From: Perna viridis
Taxonomy: Eukaryota
Assembly (NCBI GenBank): GCA_037379345.1
Contig: CM074520.1
Span: forward strand, 21,617,488-21,681,487
DNA length: 64,000 nt
Direction of reading: 5' to 3'
The first letter of the stretch is position 1; each line of letters begins with the position of its first letter. Position numbers and translations under genes: made by a program. The notes below the pieces were generated by a model, which searched no databases, was not told where the DNA came from, and saw nothing but the letters and a program-made list of their open reading frames with translations. Positions 24,626-36,654 of this stretch are shown here, piece by piece.

Positions 24626-26070
24626 GTCCAGCGCCCTTGACCACTCGGCCAGCTAGGGTATATAAAAAATATAGCTTTCGCTGGCCGGGTCATTCCTCCT
24701 CGTAGGATTAATGTAGGGATGTAACTTAGTACACGATGTATGGTAGTACGGGACAGTTGGTCTAGGGCGCTGGACTTAGTGCATACGGTGACAAATGTGA
24801 CAGTTCTAACATCATTGGGAATTTTTCAGACCCTTCTATAAGTTTACGTTATCTTCCCTATATCAATTTGATCCGATGGAGCAGTGTAGCGAATAGAGTC
24901 GTCACATTCTGAGACGTTGTATAATATTGATTTGTTGTGACATGCATCATTAATTTGATCCTCTATCCTACATAATAACACCTAGATGAACTGTCCCGTA
25001 CTACCATACATCGTGTACTAAGTTACAGCCCTAGATTTATCCTATGAGGAGGAATGACCGGGCCAGCGAAAGCTATATTTTTTATATAGCCTAGCTGGCC
25101 GAGTGGTCTAGGGCGTTGGACTTAGTGCAGGCGATGTTGCCATAGATGTCACATCGGTACGAGTTCGAGTCCCGCGGAGGGAACGACCAAAAATTTGCCC
25201 CGCAAATGTGACAGTCCTAACATCATTGGGAATTTTTCAGACCCTTCTATAAGTTTACGTTATCTTCCCTATATCAATTTGATCCGATGGAGCAGTGTAG
25301 CGAATAGAGTCGTCACATTCTGAGACGTTGTATAATATTGATTTGTTGTGACATGCATCATTAATTTGATCCTCTATCCTACATAATAACACCTAGATGA
25401 ACTGTCCCGTACTACCATACATCGTGTACTAAGTTACAGCCCTAGATTTATCCTATGAGGAGGAATGACCGGGCCAGCGAAAGCTATATTTTTTATATAG
25501 CCTAGCTGGCCGAGTGGTCTAGGGCGTTGGACTTAGTTCAGGCGATGTTGCCATAGATGTCACAGCGGTACGAGTTCGAGTCCCGCGGAGGGAACGACCA
25601 AAAATTTGCCCCGCAAATGTGACAGTCCTAACATCATTGGGAATTTTTCAGACCCTTCTATAAGTTTACGTTATCTTCCCTATATCAATTTGATCCGATG
25701 GAGCAGTGTAGCGAATAGAGTCGTCACATTCTGAGACGTTGTATAATATTGATTTGTTGTGACATGCATCATTAATTTGATCCTCTATCCTACATAATAA
25801 CACCTAGATGAACTGTCCCGTACTACCATACATCGTGTACTAAGTTACAGCCCTAGATTACTCCTACGAGGAGGAATGACCGGGCCAACGAAAGCTATAT
25901 TTTTATATATCCTAGCTGGCCGAGTGGGCTAGGGCGTTGGACTTAGTGCAGGCGATGTTGCCATAGATGTCACATCGGTACGAGTTCGAGTCCCGCGGAG
26001 GGAACGACCAAAAATTTGCTTTGCAAATTTGAGATTTCTAACATCGTTGGGAATTTTTCAGACCCTTCTA
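24626..26070 (+). repeat. Tandem array (three ~411-bp units plus a rearranged partial unit) of a tRNA-derived SINE-like element, flanked by (TA)n
   Basis: caaat(g/t)tga recurs at 24792, 25203, 25614, 26024; (TA)n at 24618-24625 and from 26069. Confidence 0.92.
25089..25182 (+). mobile_element. tRNA-Leu(TAG)-derived head with Pol III A and B boxes (repeated at +411 and +821)
   Basis: TGGCCGAGTGGTCTAGGGCG(C/T)TGGACTTAG resembles tRNA-Leu TGGCCGAGCGGTCTAAGGCGCTGGATTTAG; B box GTTCGAGTCC; acceptor stem does not close. Confidence 0.8.
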
Positions 26071-26149
26071 TATATATATATCAGAAGTACAAAGATCAAG
26101 AACGTGCACTACTCATTTTCTGTTATAAAATTATAAATTCATAAGAGAA

Positions 26150-29100
26150 ATATATACAAAAAGGTCAAATATTGAAGGTGTGTTTTTGAGACTTGTGATT
26201 ACACAATGAAAAACCGTTAAGATTTCGTTATATATTCAAATACGATTTAAATATTCTTACATGTTGATCATGCGAAACGTCAGAATTACCACAGGTAAGC
26301 ATGTGTATATCTATGGTCATTTCAATAGGTAGCTAGTGCAGATTGTCAAAAAGTTCTATTCTATAATCATTATGTTTTCTACATTCAAAGAAAAATGTTA
26401 TACATTTCATTTTCTGAGCCACATCTAAAGGCAGGGTCCGAAATAAGTTTGGCTTTGTACAGGTCAAAGTTAAGAAACGATGCCAAACATCTCAGTTGAG
26501 TTAATAATATATTAAATTCCATTGGGCTATCAGAGCAATGTCCTGGCACTGCACGGTCGTACCACATGGTACCTCTTATTGCATGTTTGAAAACACCGAT
26601 TGAATTAGAATTTCGTATATTTTGATAAAGACTATTCCATTGCCTTATTGTTGCTGGAATGAAAGAATTATCTGTCATAAAGAGTCGACAATAAGGTAGA
26701 ATAATGTCATCTCCATTACGTAATGGATGACCGCTTAAACTTTGGACCGTAGCAGGAGTGATTCTAGATAAATATTTAGGTGCATCTTAATTTTGTATTT
26801 TATAAAACATTTGTAACCTTCTAGTCATGCGTCTATCAGCCAAAGATTCCCACCTAATTTCGAAATACAAAGTTTCTAATTTAGTAAATTTAGTAAATGC
26901 TGGTAATCCTGTGACAATTCCTGTTGCTGCCAACTGGAGTTGTTCTAGTTAAGAAGCATTTCCAGAACCACTGTTATTACAGACTTCAGAAACATATTCA
27001 AACAAAGGCCTTATGTACACTAGATATACGTTTTTCCAAGTTTTTGCTACATAACTGGTATTTCAATCTTCTCAAAAGATATAGATGCTTCTTTACATTT
27101 GTCACAATATTTCCAATATGATGGTTCCATTTTGCGTCTTCACTAAATGTTACTCCGAATTGCTTATGGCAGCTGGTAATGGGAATGTCAATATCTTTGA
27201 GAGTAAACGTTATATTTGGAATTTTAACATTTGAGAACATTATAATTTCAGTTTTATCTGAATTAAATGAGATTTGCTATTACTTTGACCAGTCATGCAA
27301 CTCCTGGAGATCGTGATCATTTACTGTTTTGATTTGCTCATGGCTTTGGTCAGAATAATTAAACGACGTGTCATCTTCAAATAATCTACATAACGAAGTT
27401 AGTTTCTCAGAAATGTCATTTATATATATTATGAATAACAGGGGATCTAAAACAGGGGACCGCACGCCCGCAGATATGCTACATAAAGGCGACTCAAACG
27501 CATTGATAACAACTCTTTGTTTCCTTGAATCAAGATAACTCTCAAACCAACTAAATAAATCATTTCTTATGCCATAACCTTGTAATTTCTTTAGACGCCC
27601 ATCATGCCTAACTTTATCAAAAGCTTTAGAAAAATCGCAAAAGACAAAACAATTAATTTCTTTCTTTTCCATAGAGTCAAGTATACAGTTATGCATTTCA
27701 AGAAGTTGATGAACTGTAGAATATATTGGTAAAAACCCTGATTGGTACTTATATATCAAAGAGTTTCAGACAAGATGATTGTAAACATGCTGGTATATAA
27801 TCCTTTCCCTGACTTTTCCAACACAACTTATTAGCGATATCGGTCGGTAATTTGATGGCAATGAATTGTCACCCTTCTTAAATATCGAAATTACATTTGC
27901 AGTTTCCATTCAGATGGAAATATGCATTGATGGATGGATTTATTGAATATGATTTGAAGAGGAATTGCTATTTTTTCTGGACATATTTTGAGCATTTTAT
28001 GACTTTTGGATTTAATATTTTATAATATCAACTATTTCATGATTTTCTATATGTAAGGTTTCAATAAAATTTTCTGTTTTATCATCGAAATCTGGAAGAA
28101 TTGGATCTCCTCATCAAGCTTTGATATAGATAAAACATATTGATTATCAAGGGTACACTTACTTATATTATCATACATATAATCATCATCTCCAGGATTA
28201 AAAACGGTATCTCGAAGTGGAGGAATATCAGACAATCCTTTATTTGATTTAGTCAACATTTTCATTATTTTCCAATAGGTTTTAGGAGAAGTTGCATTTT
28301 CCAAAATCATGCTATCAAAATTTTGTTCAATTTTTTTTTCGCACTTTTCTTCATATTATTGACCTTGTTTCTTTGCCGTTTGTACCCAAAAATATCCTTA
28401 TCACATTTCGATTTCGGTGCCGATTTTTTACTCGTTTCCGTATTTCTCTTCTAATTTTACTGTTGAACCAGGATTTATCAGGTTTGCGTATCGTTATGAG
28501 CTTTGTCGGTATACAATCTCTTACAATCTCAAGAAATTCGACAGTAAATATTTTACAAATGTCATTCACATCTTCATATATGGGAAGTAACTTTAACCAA
28601 TCAGTTTGGTCAAGACTATTTTCAAATTGTTCTTTATCAATCTTGTCGTAAAGGCAGACTTCTTGCTTGTATGTCCCGTTGGATTTTTCAGGACAGTTTA
28701 TAAATGAAATACAGGCATTGTGATCTGATATTTGACATGGAATATCAAAAACATCAGAATAGATATACGACACAGTGTCACTAATAATAATTGGATCAAG
28801 CAAAGAGCTACATCGTTCAGTGACTCTAGTAGGCTTTGTAATAATATTTGTTTTTATATTAAACAGATTAATTCTATCTATTAGTTTATTGTTATTGTGA
28901 TTTAGGAGGTCCCAATGTAGGCCACCCGTAATTACATAATTACAAGATTTTCACTTAATTGGTAACTTAATCCTATAATTGCATGATTTAATCGTGTAAA
29001 GAATGGATTGGAGTCAGTTGACGGAGGCTTATATGCAGCTCATAGGATAATTTGTTTACCTTGGCTCGAATTTCTACCCATAAAGTTTCATTAATACTAT

Positions 29101-29600
29101 TAACCACAACAGTTGCAGTCTTTTCGGATTATATAATTTGAAAAGTTATAAAGAAAAGTTTCTTGAAATACTGTGATCTAAGTGTGATTCGGTCAGTACC
29201 CATATATCATATTCATCAAAGAAGTTATCTGTGAAATTAAGTTTCTGTCGTAAACTTCGAATATTCAAGTTACAAATTGATGAGTGATTTTCTACGTATG
29301 ATGGACCTGGATTATTTTCGATATTCCCGATCATGAGAATGAAATAGAGAACAAACAGCATGAAAACAATGTCAACATTTGTTAAAGTTTATTGAAGTAA
29401 TATGAGTGCCAAGACCATCAAAGAACATTTCATGTTAACCTTAAATGTATCGAAATAAAAATAATTTATTTTACTATAAAATCCGTTTTGTTTAATTCTT
29501 ATACTGTTAAACTGACTTATAGCCGCCCTATATCTCTGAGGATCGCTATTCATTTTTGGTGGCTTATATAGAAAGAATAACGTCGAGATGAGGGCCAAGA
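26150..29600 (-). mobile_element. Decayed non-LTR retrotransposon (CR1/L2 group) ORF2: 2A-like peptide, APE endonuclease, RT
   Basis: NLNIRSL, LTESHL, SDH (APE); KSWFNSKIR; QSGFLP..STVHQL, FCDFSKAFDKV, PLLFIIYIND, LFEDDT (RT); SFIPATIRQWNSL; many frameshifts and stops. Confidence 0.92.
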
Positions 29601-30664
29601 GAGGTCAACAAAACCTAGACTATATAGGTCATTTAACACACCATCAACATTTTTAACATAATAAACCAAAAAGAAGATATACAATAAGGAGAAGAGAAAT
29701 GATATCATGCAAAAGAGAGACATGGAAGTGAAACAATAAGAAAATCGGGAGCCCTCAGGAACATAAATATGAAAAAAAATAAATAAATATTCATATAGTT
29801 GTGCTTTATACTTCATAGAAGTATACACAAGATAAATACAATCTTATCAAACAAAGAAAATGAAAATATAATCGTCAGGTTACTGTATTAAACTAGTAAT
29901 AGCGTTGAACAATCTCAGTCTCACGCAGTCTCTCTCTGGATTGATATTTTTGAATGATTTGCATAACATTCGTCATACCCACAATTATTATACTGTTATA
30001 ATGTTGATGTTTGATGGAGTAGGATTTAGCGTGCCAAGAGGTCTACTCCTCGCAAAAATATAAGCTGTGAAAGGAAAAATAATATTTGGAGAAATACTAA
30101 AAAAAACGAAAAAACACACAAATTATATTATAAGTTAGAAATGTAAAAGGGCATGGTTTTTAAACCGTGATAAAACGAATACTAGATAAGGAAATAAAAA
30201 GTGGATTCGAAAACAAGCATCGTATTAAGTTGAAGAAGAAAAGAATCCAATAACATATTGGTTGATATGATATAATTGAAATTGAAAATTAAAAACCAGT
30301 TGACCATGAAAAACATGTATGACCAGTTTTCAATGTCTAGACAAAAAAACAATATTTGCATGCTATGTTATATCTTACTGTTATGTGTAATATATAGCAT
30401 TGATCAATAAGATTAAGCAGAACTGTTACCTGTGGTTTCATTCTAGTTTTGTTAAATTTTTAATCCAAATTACAATTCTCGGTAAAACAGAGGGATTATA
30501 GTGGTGTGACTTAAACTTCACTTCTATTTTTAGAGTTATATTTTGAAAGAGTTAAGAAAGCTCTGCAGTTGTCTGACAGACAATTTTATTAATCCTTTAT
30601 TTTTGAATCCTCTAATATCAGGGATTTGATACATCATCTACCCCAAATAACTTGAAGTTCGGAA

Positions 30665-30925
30665 AAATTCCAAACGATGTTAGAAATGTCAACTTTGCGA
30701 AGCAAATTTTGGTCGTTCCCTCAGTGGCACTCGAACTCGTACCGCTGTTACATCTATGGCAATATCGCCTCCGCACAGTCCAGTGCCCTAGACCACTCGG
30801 TCAGCTAGGATATATAAAAATATAGCTTTCGCTAGCCGGGTCATTTCTCTTATTAGGATTAATCTAGGGCTGTAATTTAGTACACGATGTATGGTAGTAC
30901 GGAGTAGTTCATCTAGGTGTTGTAA
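30665..30925 (-). mobile_element. Single copy of the tRNA-derived element, inverted relative to the 24.8-26.07 kb array
   Basis: ctcgaactcgtaccgctg...gaccactcgg...atatagctttcgc...gtacacgatgtatggtagtacgg. Confidence 0.88.
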
Positions 30926-31504
30926 TGTTGTGATGAACAGTTATGTATGTATGTCTATAGTTTCTCTCCTACATACACTGAGAGCATCAATTTTTATTTA
31001 TTGATTGTTTGAATTTTTTTAAACGCTATCTCATAAATGTCTTAAGTGCTGAAGTATTCCATTATTTTTATAACAATGTCTTTCCCCGCTTTTGTCTTGT
31101 CTGACATTCGTAACATTTGTCAGTTCAAATCTGAATAGAATTAAAGAACCTTGTTGTTAACAGGTCGGGATATTCCTTGAAGGAATATCGTGGCGGGCGT
31201 GCGCCCCCCCCCCTAAAATTTGCAAAGCATGGGTTGTCAGGGGTTATTTATGTGGTGTTAGGTTGAAACTTAAATTTCTCGCTAATTTTACCAAAAAAGA
31301 TTTCTAAATTGCATCCACTCTAAAAGAATATTTCAAAAATATAACCTAACAAATTGTCCAATTTCAGTATGAAATTTTAACTGTGCGCCCCGTAATTTAA
31401 AATTCCGGATCCTGTCTTCATTTGAACTATTATTGGTCATTTTGCATATATTCAGTCAATTGACCTATTCAAATTCCCGTCAAACAGCAGGTATAATAAC
31501 ATTC

Positions 31505-31730
31505 ATTTGGTCACCTGAACCGAAGGTCAGTATGAGCTATGCCATCACTTGGCGTCCTTCGTCTATTGTCTTTATCTCAGACGGTATTAAATTTGGAGGT
31601 CATAGGTCAAAGGTCATGATCATACATGTAACGGAACTGGTAAATTTTAAGCCAATAGCATTCTTGTGGACACTCTAGAATCAACATACGTCAATGAATT
31701 TGACCAATCTAGGTATTTTGTTACCGGTTA
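31505..31730 (+). mobile_element. HINE/Helentron-like fragment
   Basis: tttggtcacctgaaccgaaggtc...gagctatgccatcacttggcgtcc start and aggtcaaaggtca motif typical of mollusc HINE-like repeats (recalled). Confidence 0.5.
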
Positions 31731-33049
31731 ATAGAAAAAAAAAATCGAGATTGGGAAAATGCCAAAGAGATAGAAACCCTACCATTGAAAAACAAGAAGA
31801 TGTGTCCTGCAGACATGGATATCCAGCTCTCTCGCAATTTTGTTTAAAAAAATGTATAACATCTCCTTTTTCTGTGATTTTTCAACCGTGAAATTGATGT
31901 TTCATGTCCAATTTTTAGTATGCATTTTGATTGTTCATTCCCCTAATGCTTATGTGTGTAAAGTTTCATTATAATACCACACTTCCTTCATAGAAAAGAC
32001 ATTTCAACCTGTAGTTTAACCTGAGTTCGGACAAACGGACGGACCCGAACACCATATACCCACCAACTGGGTATAAAAAGACAATTCGTGGTCAAACAAG
32101 AGTCTTCAATGAACGGAGAGGAATACATCTTACTCTTGGATAGGCTGTGTGGTTGGCCTCGAAAAAATATTTATAATAGACCAATGAAATTGACGCCCTT
32201 CAAGACTCCTGAACAAGTAGTAAATACAATTTTGAAAAAACATACAAGACGCACATAGGTTAGAATTTCCAACTTGGAACAGGTACAGAATGCTGTGGGT
32301 TTGAACTGATTTATTAAGAATACCTAGTACGGTATTAACTTTTAAGATCAAATGTTAAAAGTCAAGTCAAGACAGAATTTAAACATTTTCATCCAAAAGT
32401 ATCCCTGTTAACATTCTAAAATCAACATGCTTCAATAAGGTTTAACCATATTTGGATGTCGGTACTCCTTGAAGAAAATCTCGCTTCGTATTTAATTTCA
32501 AGGTCATAACGGAAATTGTGATTTTCAAACAATAACGCCGTTTTGGACTGGCTACATGGTCTAGAATTAACATGGTTTTATGGATTTTAACCAAACTAAG
32601 TATGTTGGTACTTATCAAGAATAACTCGGATGGTATCGATTTTAAGGTTAAAAACTGTTAAAGGTCATAACGTCTTGTATTTTGTTTTAGCTGATCACAC
32701 TCACGTGGACACCTACGAATCAACATGTTTCAATGGATTTCGACCAAATTTGTTACTAATATATTATTGCTCCTTTAGAATATATCGGACGCTAAAGATG
32801 TTTGTCTCGTCTGACACCATAATGAAACAATATTTTGCGCGCTGTCACTAAGCATAGTATTCTTACTTGCATGTGAAAAAAGTTGGTTTTCTTGCTTTTA
32901 AAGTACTGGTTTGGCTACGTCTGTTTTTTTTTCATTTATTATAATTTTTTTTGCAAACTATTTATATATTATTATAGATCCTTGATCTTTGATCTAAAAT
33001 CTATATAAGTTGTCTTAGTTTGTATTTAGAAGTGAAATATGTTCAAATA

Positions 33050-33510
33050 CTAAAAACATCAACGAACTTGAGGTCGTACGTCCCGAAAAGCTGCCTGATA
33101 TCTTAATCTTTTCATTGGCCTGCCTAGAAAATTAAAGAAGGCAGCTCTGGTTGTTTGGTGGTTGTCAATCGATCAACTTCAATTTGTAAAGCCTGAAATT
33201 TCTTAATCAGAACACCATCCGGATAGGCTATATTTAATTTTCTTTCTTTAAGTCTATAGCTTGAACTAAGTTCATCTCGATTTATTTTCATGTCGTTCAG
33301 AGCCTAATTAACCTTCACCCTATCTCGGTTTATTTTTTCCGTATTGTTTTTATCATATCTGCAACACATCTATCAATCATTCTTGCGACCTCCCTCTTTC
33401 ACTGTTGTAATAAATAGAAGACGTGATTTTTCCGTTAAATTCCTTCAACCCAGATTTTACTTGCTCGTTTTATCTCAAGTGTATCATGCATAGGTTGCAG
33501 AAGGAGACTG
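33050..33510 (-). pseudogene. B-box/TRIM-like protein coiled-coil region, pseudogene fragment
   Basis: Across frameshifts: LKEFNGKITSSI/EVARMIDRCVADMIKTIRKK*/RDRVKVN*ALNDMK...DGVLIKKFQALQIEVDRL...LPSLIF*AGQ*KD*DIRQLFGTYDL; resembles expanded bivalve B-box proteins (recalled). Confidence 0.55.
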
Positions 33511-36056
33511 GGTTTTGGACAAAGACAAAAATACAACGTCTCATTCACTGCCTGAAATACTAAAAAATAATAAAACCAGGCGACAGTTGTAGGATAATTT
33601 AAATACGTCAAAGTTAAATTAATGATAAACATGGCCTGAGTGCCAAAAAACAGGAAACAAATACGATTTGTAGCGACCGAAATGAAATACATCATATAAA
33701 AATTTTGAAGATAATTATGAAAAAATACATCAAAATATAATGAGAAGCCTAGTCCAGATAAATTTAATTCTTGAAACATATGAGGGATAATGTTTATCAA
33801 ATCTATTTATGATGGTGCATTATTTCATAAGGAGAAATGTTAATCAAGGAAACAAAATAATATACACCACTATTTACTGCTCGGTTTTTAAACATCTGAA
33901 TTGTCATCTTTATAAAAACAAATGTGAGTTTTGAAGAATACTAAAATCAATTTTCTGATAGTTATTAGTTGACCTAACGTTGCAATACACCCCATATTTA
34001 AATCGAGAATTGAAAATCATATAGAATTCTAGTTAATCACATTGTCGTTTAATAACAATTCTAAATGGAATACTAGTGAATTACATTACATTACTTTTGT
34101 TTATAAATACCATGCACCAAGAATGTTAATAAATGAGTTTTATTAAGTATTTCTGTGTGTGGATCAAATTTCAGCACGAGTATATACTAAGCTTATATCT
34201 GAAAAACATAAGACTGATATATTCTCGGTTTGAAAGTCATAGGTTCTTGACTACGTATATATCGCCAACCGTCGAGTGTTATTTGGAACAATGCCAGCCT
34301 CTGTCTAATATATCATTGTTTTTAAACTTGGGAATATATTTATTCATGGATATATTCCATATATTTAGGGAATGTATTCTTGGTAACACAAAATTTGGTA
34401 GAATAGTGTATAGTTCTAGCCAATTGTATTCATTTTTGAAAGGAGTATTTATGTCATATTGACCCAATTTATTCCTATAGAAATGTGACGAACGGCTCCA
34501 TTTGTTTTTTTGTTTTGAGCTTTCCTTATATGTTACCCAATACGACGAGAATTGTATGTCTTGCAAAAGGCAGACTTATTATTCTCTTGTTTATTCGAGT
34601 TTCCTTTTCATTTGATTTTGTCACGCATATAAATTTCTTTGGTTTTTACTTATAACATAACAAGTGTTGTATATTTTCTTAACCCATGTTTTCCTCTGCA
34701 TTTCTGTCTATATAGCTTTGGTTATTCCAACATTATAGTTATTATCAATTTCAAGCTTAATTGTTCTTATTTTATCCTTAAGTTTATGCTCCCAAAATTG
34801 ACGTGTCGGTACATTTAGGTAGAGAATCATATTTTATTTACAATACTCGCAATGGGATACTTTTATATTCCTTGATCAACTTGAAATACTTAAATTAGAA
34901 AATCCTTTATATATTAGATATGTACCTGGGAAAGTTGTTATTATAAATAACGTATATATTTTTCAATGACAAAATCTTTAAGTGTTTAAAAGACTTAAGA
35001 CGACTTACCTGACATTTTTAAACTGACGTGTATGTACTTAATTTAAACCAGCATTGATTTTATACTTTAAGCAGTTCCATTTAAAAAAGAAAGTGGAAAT
35101 CTTCTACGCATTCATTCGCATATAGTCGATTTTTTCGCCTAGGCAGTTCCAGATGTTATATGTATAGTTGTAACAGGTGTGCAGAAAAAAACTAAGCAAG
35201 GTATGATATACTTAAAAATGTAATATTTGTTACTCTTCCAATATCTCTATCAATCTAACAAGGTTTATTGCGACAAGTCAATCAAGGCGAGAAAACCTTT
35301 ACGAATTTGGCTTAAATAAAAACAACAGTCGCATTTTTACTTCGGTTCATCAGTATGTTTTATTGATTGTGATATTATATAACTGCACCACACTGTATGG
35401 AATTTGGTGGTTCGTTACTCATTTTTTATGATTCCGGTACAGTACATAAATCATTTTAGGATTGTGATACATTGTCATCACTACAGGGTTTCTGGTTGAT
35501 TACTCGTTTGTTTTTCTTTTTACAAACCACCCTTAATCATTGTTTATTTATTTAACAAATCAGCAGCCAACCATCCAAATGCCTTTACTTGAAATCCGGG
35601 ATAACATAGTGAAGACTGAGAGTTAAACAGAATAACTTGTTTCTTACTACAAATATTTTATTCGGATGATATGATATAAACGTTTTGCTTAGTAACTCAT
35701 GAGAATTGATAAAGATTGGAAGATAACCATTTTGTCACCAACTGCTTGTCCTTCTAAAATGTATCAAAATCACACACTCTCCGTATCTCCGTTTATTTCT
35801 TGCATTGCTTGTATTTATAAGCTATAATATTTTTAATGTCATATTGGTCGCATGGTCATTTAACCTTTCATCGTAACAAACACGAAAAAAAAACAATAAC
35901 AAATGGAAGACAAGATCAGCATGAAAAAAACATACATGTTATAAAGGAGTTACAGCTACTTTATTTCTTTTTTATTGTACATGTATAGTATCTTTTACAA
36001 ACTTATGTTAGTAAAGTTAAATAACCTATTTTCACATATCAATTCCAGCTAACATT

Positions 36057-36164
36057 ATGCTAAATATTAGAGGCAAAAAAGCAAGTAAGACACTGCCTCG
36101 GGATCAGAATGGGAAGGAAGCTGTATCTCAAATTAAAAAATCTGTAATGCCTCGAGGAGTAAAG
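36057..36164 (+). CDS. Candidate first coding exon of gene B: MLNIRGKKASKTLPRDQNGKEAVSQIKKSVMPRGVK
   Basis: ttccag acceptor at 36048, ATG at 36057, strong AAG|gtaagt donor (phase 0). Confidence 0.55.
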
Positions 36165-36379
36165 GTAAGTTTTATAAATGATTTTAAAACAATGGAAATC
36201 TAGATTAAAATTACTGTTGTATGATGTTAAGCAATTTCATTTTCATTTTTATTCGTGTTGCCGTCCTTTAATTTATGATGTTTTAGACAAGTTCTACAGT
36301 GGTTGTCAATGGATATGAATATAACCAGTAATTGTGTTCGGTTATGATATGAAACATAACGATAATAAGTATGTGAATA

Positions 36380-36654
36380 TGTCAAAGAGAGAACACCCCA
36401 CCAGGACGAAACGTCAACACAAGGCCACACATCGGTCGGCGATGAACGACGAGGAAACCCTCACAACTTAGAACAGGCTGCAGCTGGTCCCAACACAGCA
36501 CTATACACAGGTACTGCGAGATAGTTGCCCATATATATTCAAGTAAAATACAAATAAAGATAAAAACGAAATAAGACATACAGAGCACAGATATTCCTGA
36601 CTTTGAACATGCACATAAAATGCAAGGGGATTTAAGTACTTTAGAGTGATCACA
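36380..36654 (-). mobile_element. 3' LTR of an LTR retrotransposon (TG...CA) preceded by a polypurine tract
   Basis: Minus strand reads AAAA-G-run-T then TGTGATCAC...CTTTGACA. Confidence 0.65.

Noticed and set aside
24735-24760. Resemblance to the U1 snRNA 3' end (tggtagt..gggac..gttc)
   Set aside because: No Sm site and no other U1 sequence; likely coincidental.
25040-25100. Hammerhead ribozyme/retrozyme (cctatgagg...GAAA-stem-cta)
   Set aside because: The core lacks CUGANGA, stem II does not form, and the gctatat/atatagc helix is broken in other copies.
24792-26070. CRISPR-like array or functional tRNA gene cluster
   Set aside because: Units are full-length near-identical with no unique spacers. 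The tRNA-like part has an expanded middle and its acceptor stem does not pair.
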